64,000 nucleotides of DNA, from positions 11,470,001 to 11,534,000 of the forward strand of contig NC_043004.1 in assembly GCF_006345805.1 (NCBI RefSeq), given 5' to 3'. Numbering within the stretch: the first letter of the stretch is position 1; every line of letters begins with the position of its first letter. The position numbers were made by a program, and so were the translations under genes. Shown here one piece after another: positions 55,540-64,000 of this stretch. The notes under the pieces are model-generated. The model made no database searches. It saw only the letters and a program-made list of their open reading frames with translations, and was not told the origin of the DNA. The DNA is from Octopus sinensis (taxonomy: Eukaryota).

Positions 55540-55712
55540 TGAGATTGGCTGTGTGGTACGTAGCTGGCTTACCAGCCACATTGTTCCGGGTTCATTCCCA
55601 CTGCATGGCAAGTGCCTTCTACTATAGCCTCGGGCCTACCAAAACCTTGTGAGTGGATTTGGTAGACGGAAACTAGAAGCCCGTCGTATATATGTATATA
55701 TATATATATGTA

Positions 55713-55758
<46 letters not shown>

Positions 55759-56052
55759 TATATATATTATATATATATATATGTATATATTATATATATA
55801 TGTATATATATATATGTATGTATGTATGTATGTATTTATGTATGTGAGTGTATATGTTTGTGTGTCTGTGTTTGTCCCACCCCCCAACATCACTTGACAA
55901 CCGATGCTGGTGTGTTTACGCCCACGTAAGAGATCGATAGAATAACTACTAGTCTTCCAAATAATAAGTCCTGGGGTCGATTTGCTCGACTAAAGGCGGT
56001 GCTCCAGCATGGCCGCAGTCAAATGATTGAAACAAGTAAAAGAGTAAAAGAG
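55540..56052 (+). mobile_element. SINE family B with an expanded internal (TA)n
   Basis: Head and tail match the family; middle microsatellite expanded. Confidence 0.85.
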
Positions 56053-56834
56053 TGAAGAGTATATATATATATAAATACATAAATACATGAATATGCACAT
56101 ATAAATGCATGCGCGTACAAACACACGTACACCCACATACATAAACACATATATGTGGGAATGAAAGAAAACTATCGACAAACGACTATATATCATTTGT
56201 CCCCTACGTACGTTTCACCCTTGTGTCGTCATTTGGAACTTCTGCGGTTCGATATTCAACGTGCAATTGGGTGTTTCACTCCAACCGATTATCAAGGGAG
56301 CATTTTATTGTATTATGTTATAGAGATCCTACACACGCGCACACAGACATACGCGTGTGAGTGTGTGTGTGTGTGTGTGTATGTGTATGCGTGTGATGTG
56401 TGCGCGTAGATTAATGCCCCCAACTGTGGTCACCACTACATACTATCTAAGTTCCCGTCTTCTCTACCTAGAACGAGGACCCAGTACTGTAGCATTTTGG
56501 AATTCAACGGTCCACAGCTATTCAACATTCTACCAAACAACATCAGAGATTTGCCACGTGTAGATGTCTTCAAATATTGTCGCGACACATTTTACCTGAG
56601 ATAACAGATGGACCCAAATCGCGACAAGAGTTTCAAAGATGAGCAGCTCTCTCCAGCGCGCTACTTCAATAGAAACAGTGCAGAAAATTCCTTGAAGCAC
56701 ACTGGAATGTTCGGCCTCAGCATGCCTCAAACCCTTTAGCTGAATCCAGTAACAGGTACACACACATATGAGCATATACATACATACACATACACGCACA
56801 CACACACACGCACAAACATGAACATATATGCATG

Positions 56835-56875
<41 letters not shown>

Positions 56876-56887
56876 ATATATATATAT

Positions 56888-57406
56888 TAACAAAAGGGAC
56901 ATTAGCCATTTGAATGTGGCTAGGGACAGGGCAGGGCGGTGGGGGTGTTACTGATGCATTTAGCCCCAGGCGAATATCAACGTCACCAGATAGGCTGACA
57001 CCATCACGGTGTCCTCTATCCTGCAAAGGGAGATCATTCCCCGAAGAAGCAGATGCCACATACGGACCCAGGTTTCGAGGTGTTTGCCTCTCGTCAACGT
57101 ATGGTAGGCACCGCCCCTCGACGAACGACTCTCTGTGCAGGATATTTATATATAGATTTTCACGTAAATACATTTACTGATTTCGAAAATCTGTTCGACA
57201 GCAATAATAATTCTCTAAACGTGATATAGACAGTAACTGCTCCATAACAAAAGGGACATTAGCCATTTGAATGTGGCTAGGGACAGGGCAGGGCGGTGGG
57301 GGTGTTACTGATGCATTTAGCCCCAGGCGAATATCAACGTCACCAGATAGGCTGACACCATCACGGTGTCCTCTATCCTGCAAAGGGAGATCATTCCCCG
57401 AAGAAG
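56888..57406 (-). mobile_element. Retrozyme-like element: 357-bp monomer in about 1.45 tandem copies
   Basis: 56888-57049 is identical to 57245-57406; HHR lies between the copies; GC-richer than the flanks; embedded in (TA)n. Confidence 0.75.
57053..57111 (-). ncRNA. Extended type I hammerhead ribozyme
   Basis: GUGCC-uac-CAUACG-UUGACGA-GAGG-caaaca-CCUC-GAAAC-cugg-GUC-CGUAUG-u-GGCAU; predicted cleavage after GUC (between 57065 and 57064). Confidence 0.8.
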
Positions 57407-57480
57407 TGGTATGTTACGATCTTGGGGTGTCGCAACCGTGCCTTAGCGCGGATAATGAAGTTTAATATATTTATTTACAC

Positions 57481-57518
<38 letters not shown>

Positions 57519-57887
57519 CATATATCGTGTATACGGAACTACGCATGTACGACTACATATGTGGATAAAGACCCAAAATTATTGAAAATAACATTAGTAT
57601 CAATCAATATCATGTATCACACACACAAACACACACACATAAATATGCAGGCATATATATATAAATTAATAAATAAAACATATGCATATATACACACATA
57701 TATGTACGTACCTACCTCTACATGTATATATACACGCATATATGGGTACAGGACACCAAAAAACGTCGAACACAATGAGAAACGAAAACATAAACACAAA
57801 ACCACGGAACTGGACATTTTTCTTAAACAACAAAAAAAAAATAGAGTACAGGACAAATGACACAAGGAAAATTCCCCTTCTTCAGTC

Positions 57888-57938
<51 letters not shown>

Positions 57939-58605
57939 CTATGTATGTATACATACATATATATATATATATGTATGTGTATATACATGTATATGTATAT
58001 GTATATATATGTATGTATATATATATGTATATATGTATTTATATATGCATGTACATATATGCACGAATATGTATATGTACGCACACGCATTTGTATATAT
58101 ATATATATGTATATGTTAGTCATATATATATATGACTGGCCCCGATCAGCATCGGGGTTAGCTAACTCAATTTCTTCTTTCCATAGTTCTTATTTAAAAC
58201 ACATTTTCCATTAACATGATACTACTGAGACTCAGTTAATATATTGGCGCCATTTGTTATACTTATCAAATAACTCTAAGTTGCGTAAATTGACTTCCGT
58301 TATTAACTCACTTCCGTCACCTTATTTTCTCGCTATGCACAAATACACATAAAACAGTCGCACACCATATTTTTGCATTGGCGCACACATGGGAGTAAAA
58401 TCTCACACTTGCATAACTAGATATACACAACTGCAAAGCATAAGCAAGCATGTGTGCACTGAAATGTGTAAATAGAAAGTATTGTACGTGCACAGACAGT
58501 CTACATACATACGTTCATACATAAATTTAAATGAATCTATGTATGCATCAACATATATATCTACATGGGCGTGCATATCTGTATGTGTATGTGTATATGT
58601 GTGTG

Positions 58606-58649
<44 letters not shown>

Positions 58650-58916
58650 CACTGATTATGCTCACGTGAAAGTATTCCCACGTATAAACGCACTTAAAAT
58701 ATATATATATATCATATATGCATATATATGTATATATGTATATATATATATATATACATATCATATATATATATGTGTGTGTATACATATATATATATAC
58801 ATACACATATATATATATATCATATATGCATATGTATATATGTATATATGTATATATATACATATCATATATGCATATATATATATATGTATACATATAT
58901 ATACATACATACTTAC

Positions 58917-58947
<31 letters not shown>

Positions 58948-59021
58948 ACCATTATGCACACAGAAATGCACCCACATATGTTGATATATAGAACGTTGCA
59001 TAATTCAGAAAATCTGAAATA

Positions 59022-59794
59022 TTAGGTTGTCCCAAAAGTTCGTAAACACTTGCGAAAATTGAATTTTTATTCGCCAAGTACTAACAAAAACAACAAAAAT
59101 TATTCCTCAAAATAAAGACCATTATTTTCCAAGACTTTCTGCCATCGATCTGCAAGCTGTCGAATCAGGTCAAAGTACCATTCAGCCGGCTTCGAATCAA
59201 AGAATATATGACACGCTTCCTCGACTTCATTAAACGAGTCGAATCGGCGGCCCTTAAAAAAGTGTTGCATTGAGCGGAAAAGGCCGTAATCTGATGGAGC
59301 ACAGTCAGGACTGTAGGGTGGATGTGGCAGAACCTCAACGCCGGCCATCTCTTCAAACTTGTCTTTGGTCTTCCTGGCGGTGTGTGGCTTGGCATTGTCC
59401 TGCTGCATCCAAGCGCGCTTTCGGTTGATCAGAGCCGGGTACTTTTGCTTCAACATTTCGTAGACCCGCACGATTCCTTCAAAATTCCACCAAACGCACA
59501 ACATGACTTTCTTGCCGAATCAATGTTGTTTTGGAACCGACGGTGTCTCTTGCCCTTTCTGAACCCATCGCTTGTCTCGATTGTGCTGGACCAGATAGAC
59601 CCATTTCTCGTCCGAAGTCACAATGCGCTTCCAAAACCAGTCGTCCAATGGATTGCTGAGCAATTGACGGCAAATTTGAACTCGTCTGTTGGCTTGTGCT
59701 TCGGTTTATAACAATATAAACCCAAACAGACAATTAAAAATTGCATAAAAATTCAAATTTTCGCAAGTGTTTACGAACTTTTGGGACAACCGTA
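59022..59794 (-). mobile_element. Internally deleted mariner (773 bp)
   Basis: About 50-bp TIRs ttaggttgtcccaaaagttcgtaaacacttgcgaaaatt, TA flanks; remnant IVTSDEKW..QQDNAKPH..PPYSPDCAPSDYGLF..NNGLYFEE*; N-terminal DNA-binding region missing. Confidence 0.92.
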
Positions 59795-60626
59795 TATATG
59801 TACTGTATAAACTATATATATATACATATATATATATACATACATACATACATCCATCCATCCATCCATACATACATACATACATACATACATACATACA
59901 TACACATGTTGAGGTTCCGCACAGGTTTTCTCAACCAAATTCCCACAGAAGGCATTTGTCGGCAATATTAGAAGGTACTTGTCTAAGGAAGCCGAAACGA
60001 CATGGCTGCATAACGAAGTGCATATTTTAAAAATGCGGAAATAACATGTTGGACAACGTATTCCCTGTGTAGAGAAACAAAGGACCAATATACCTCAACG
60101 TCTTTCATTATCGATCTGCTACATCAAGCCTAGTATAGAGTTAGAAATCAGCAGCAACACTTAAGCTTACATCTATGTAGTGTATCTACTTATAATTAAG
60201 TTTTATGATGTTTGTTGTTGAAATACATGTCAGTGGCCACTCTATGTTATTTCCATTACCTCATGTTCGTTTCATTTCTGCAAATTACCTAGGCCTCAGA
60301 GTGAGTTATTCTACTCTTTTTTCGTATATGTCTAAGATTCTCATCTGCTGGACACGAGGTAAGAAAGCTGCTGTGTTGATGACGCTTATTGATGGAGGAA
60401 AAGTTATTCAAATACAGGCCACTCTAAACTTCTTTCGGTTCGTTTGAGTGTATATATTTGTGTGTATACTTACAGGGAATGCCATCACAATAGACTGACT
60501 TCCTTAGAATGTCAGCCTTTTACTTGCACGTGTAAATTTTATAAACTACCGTAATACATTGAGGATATGTACCTTCAAGTTGCTGTTTGAATTTTTTCTT
60601 TTTTCATATGTGTATGATTGTACGTC

Positions 60627-60928
60627 TGAAGGCGCATGGCTCAAACGTTAGGGCTCGCAATCATTAGCTAATGAGTCCGATTCCTGGGCCGAGCTGTCCG
60701 TTGTGTTCTTGAACAAGATACTTTATTTCACGTTGCTCCAATTCACCCAGTTGTTGAAATGAGTTACGATGTCACTGGTGCCAAGCTGTATCGGGTTTTG
60801 CTTTTCCTTTGAATAAAATCGGTGGCCCGTAGAGAGGAGGCTGGTGTGCATGGGTCTTTCATAAAAATGAAAAGAACACTGCCCGGACTTACGCCTCGGA
60901 GGGGAACTTTCTAAATTCAATCCCATGG
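60627..60928 (+). mobile_element. SINE family D (diverged)
   Basis: gaaggcgcatggctca..ttgtgttcttgaacaagatacttt. Confidence 0.8.
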
Positions 60929-61622
60929 TAATTTTATTTTTATTTTATGATAATATGTAAAATTCACATATGCATAAACCTGCAGGTGCTAACAAAGGAG
61001 CTACACATATACACATACAGACATATATATATATGAATATCTGTCTGCTGCGATGGGTATGTGTCTGTGTGTGAATATGCTTCATGAACGGGTGTCCATC
61101 TTTCAATGTTCACAGTCAGTGCATACATATGTGCGTGTGTACGTTTTCTAATAAATGCCTATATAATCAACTGTGCGATTTTAATTACAGCTGAGCAATT
61201 TTATCCGGCTCAATCCTTCACATTATCTTGTCTATTAAAATTGAAAAATAATTACAAACATTAACACTGCGGAAACATCCGTTGTGGAATGGAAATGATG
61301 CAGAGAAAAATCAATAAAAATAACAAGCGAAAGGTGTTACTAACATAGATGTAGCCATCACCACTTTCCCCAAACTACAGATGTACTGCAGCTGTGAATT
61401 ATGGGTAAAATATTGGCTAATTATGTTTATATCTTTATCGTATGGGTTTATGTATGTATTTGTATATTTATTATTGTCACATTAGTATGTTTCCGGAAGC
61501 AAGCATCCGGTGCAGTGCAAGGCATATGTCTAGTCTTGTTGAGACTTGTTCTAGGAGAATGAGTGGAACTATTGATGGAAATAGAGAGATCTGGACAGTC
61601 AGATAAAGTGATTAGGAAAACA

Positions 61623-61676
<54 letters not shown>

Positions 61677-61887
61677 CTCACGCATGTACGTACACATGTA
61701 AACACACAGACACAGGCATACATGTACGAACGCGTATACACTTACATACACAATCATACGCACATGCAAATAGAAAAAGCACGGACAAACGTACACACAC
61801 CACATACACACAGGCGTAGATATTTCAAAGTTATATATTTCTGCGTGCGTGTGAATGTATGCACCTGAATATGTGTGTGTGTGTGTA

Positions 61888-61965
<78 letters not shown>

Positions 61966-62509
61966 GTACATAATTATTCCTCTATTTGTATATGAAGTAA
62001 TAGTGAAGTAGGCTCACGTGTAGCAGACTCTAAAGCAATAAATGAATTAGAAACTCAAATGAGACACGTGTTTGAAGCTAGATTCAATAGGTATGTTTCT
62101 GTTGATTTATAGATAGATGTTTCAACTGACATGCATTAGACTTATAACGGAACTGTGATTCGTAAACAAGAAAAGAGTGTAGAAAATCTTTTATCATGAT
62201 ATAGAACCAGCAAAAAGCCATACCTTTGAGGAACAGAAATTCTCACAATTAGTAAGTTACTTTTCTACCGTTCTCGACTCGAGGTAATCTTTACCGTTTC
62301 TCTCTTTCAGCATCCCTACGTTTTCAGCTTTGCTGCTTTGCCCTTTTTCTTTCCGAAAGGAAGGCCGCCCTCTCCTATCTCTTGTTCGGTTTTGAATTGT
62401 CATCACCACTTCTATAATTTTAATTTTTCCTTGGTAGGGCTTACTACTTCCCTCGAAATTCCACCCCCAATCACTCAAAATTTGAACCCATTATCATTGC
62501 CTTTAGAAC

Positions 62510-62705
62510 TGAGATGCCATAATTGGTAGCATGCCAGAAAAAAGGCTTAGCGGCATTTCATCCGTCCTTACTTTCTGACTCCAAATTCCGCAGAGGTCCA
62601 CTTTGCCTTTCATTCTTTCGAGGTCGATGAAATAAGTACTAGTTGAGCACTGGGGTTGATCTGATCGACTAGTACCCGCCTCCCCCAAATTTCAGGCCTT
62701 GTGCC
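62510..62705 (+). mobile_element. SINE family A (diverged)
   Basis: cttagcggcatttc..aaattccgcagaggtc.actttgcctttcat. Confidence 0.75.
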
Positions 62706-62749
62706 TATCCTATTATTATTATTATCATTATTATTATTATTATTATTAT

Positions 62750-63088
62750 TGAGTGAGAGAGCAGTGCATGCCATGAAAGTGACACTGGGGTAAAATATAC
62801 GAAGCCCAGTATAACCATCATGACTACCCGTCTGATAAGGGTACACCAGGCACATACATCACAACCATATGTGCGCGACATAGTGATCTCATAACAAGAT
62901 AAACAGCGCATGACTTTGCAGGTGGGGCCCAGTTAGAATTTTCTTCTGGTCGGGTAACCCATCCCACTCAAAAGGTCCCTGATTAAGGGTTGTTTAAGGA
63001 TGTTGAATGAAACACCCAGAGGTGTTTCCAGAGGTGAATTATTCAAACCCCAAAGAATCCCTCGCAACACATGGCTATGATGCTCCCC
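62750..63088 (-). mobile_element. Non-coding retroposon in (TAA)n (36574 family)
   Basis: Reverse-complement match to about 36790-37055; TAA tracts on both sides. Confidence 0.75.
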
Positions 63089-63154
63089 TATTATCATTAT
63101 TACTATTATTATTATTATTATTATTATATTATTATTATTATTATTATTATTATT

Positions 63155-63232
<78 letters not shown>

Positions 63233-63343
63233 ATTATTATTATTATTTCTATTATTATTATTTCTATAATTATTATTTCTATAATTATTATTATTACTAC
63301 TACTACTGATGCTATTATTATTATCATTATTATTATTATTATT

Positions 63344-64000
63344 CTATGTTTGACTTTTGCTTTACCTTTGTACAATTTGGCTCCAAGTCTCAGCCAGAGA
63401 CCTCAAGAGACAACAAGTTGGAAGTTCATGTTGGTGTTATGCCTAGGGTGCCATATATTTGGTGTTGTACTTAGTGTTGTACTAGTGATTGTCTAAAAAG
63501 CCATACGAAAATTATGTTTGTTTTAAAACTTGAGATTACATGAAAAGTATTTTGCGTAGGATATGAGCAGTTCCTATGAGCACTATCTTTTGAATTTCTG
63601 CCATTTTGGGTTTCCTGGTATCTGAGTTAGGTAGAAATCAGCCCCTTTTGCTATCATTCCCAGGGCACCTATGGCAACAGGTGTTGTTTTAGTCTTCAGG
63701 TTCCATGTTTTGCTGAGTTCTATTTCAAGATCTTTATATTTGCTCAGTTTTTGGTAGGTCTTGACACATACGTTTATATCGATTGGGACACTCATATCAA
63801 AGAGGAGGCACGTTTTTTATCTGAAGTCTTTCAATAAGTTGTCTAGCCTATTTGGATCTATCTTTCTGTCAGTTTGAATGGTGAAGATCCACGGAGTGAG
63901 ACGTGGTCATTTTCAATCACTGGAGGTGGTTTGTGTTCCTACCAGTTTTTATCATGGGGCAAGTCCAGGCCTTTCCAAATTACCCAGTGAATATATTGTG
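63344..64000 (-). mobile_element. 3' end of an R4/Dong-clade LINE with (TAA)n tail
   Basis: TDRKIDPNRLD..CLLFDMSVP.D.N...K..QKLSKYKDLEIEL...W..KT...PV.IGALG..GTAHILRK; 3' UTR runs into (TAA)n. Confidence 0.88.

Noticed and set aside
56914-57465. Duplicated ORFs MWLGTGQGGGG... and MQDRGHRDG...
   Set aside because: Incidental frames in the GC-richer retrozyme-like repeat; RNA structure explains the region better

Overview
AT-rich, microsatellite-saturated eukaryotic (animal) DNA with no confidently identifiable host gene; it is most likely intronic or intergenic. The SINE families and repeat spectrum resemble an octopus/cephalopod genome (inference). Nearly all ORF-track entries are translations of (TA)n/(CA)n/(GATA)n/(TAA)n tracts or of SINEs. 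The real content is mobile DNA: at least four tRNA-headed SINE families (about 30 copies), Tc1/mariner elements (one nearly intact, one DD41D-type, several deletion derivatives and MITEs), hAT and pogo-type MITEs, Helitron remnants, two R4/Dong-type LINE fragments and Penelope-like element (PLE) fragments. The most notable signal is a high density of type I hammerhead ribozyme (HHR) motifs, about 15 intact or decayed cores in at least seven repeat families. They include a young 357-bp partial-tandem retrozyme-like insertion (56888-57406), a tRNA-headed SINE carrying an HHR (4055-4276), fold-back elements with an HHR on each strand, and a U3-A8 core-variant family traceable to the 3' repeat of a PLE in the window. 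All alignments and folds were done by eye; no searches were run.
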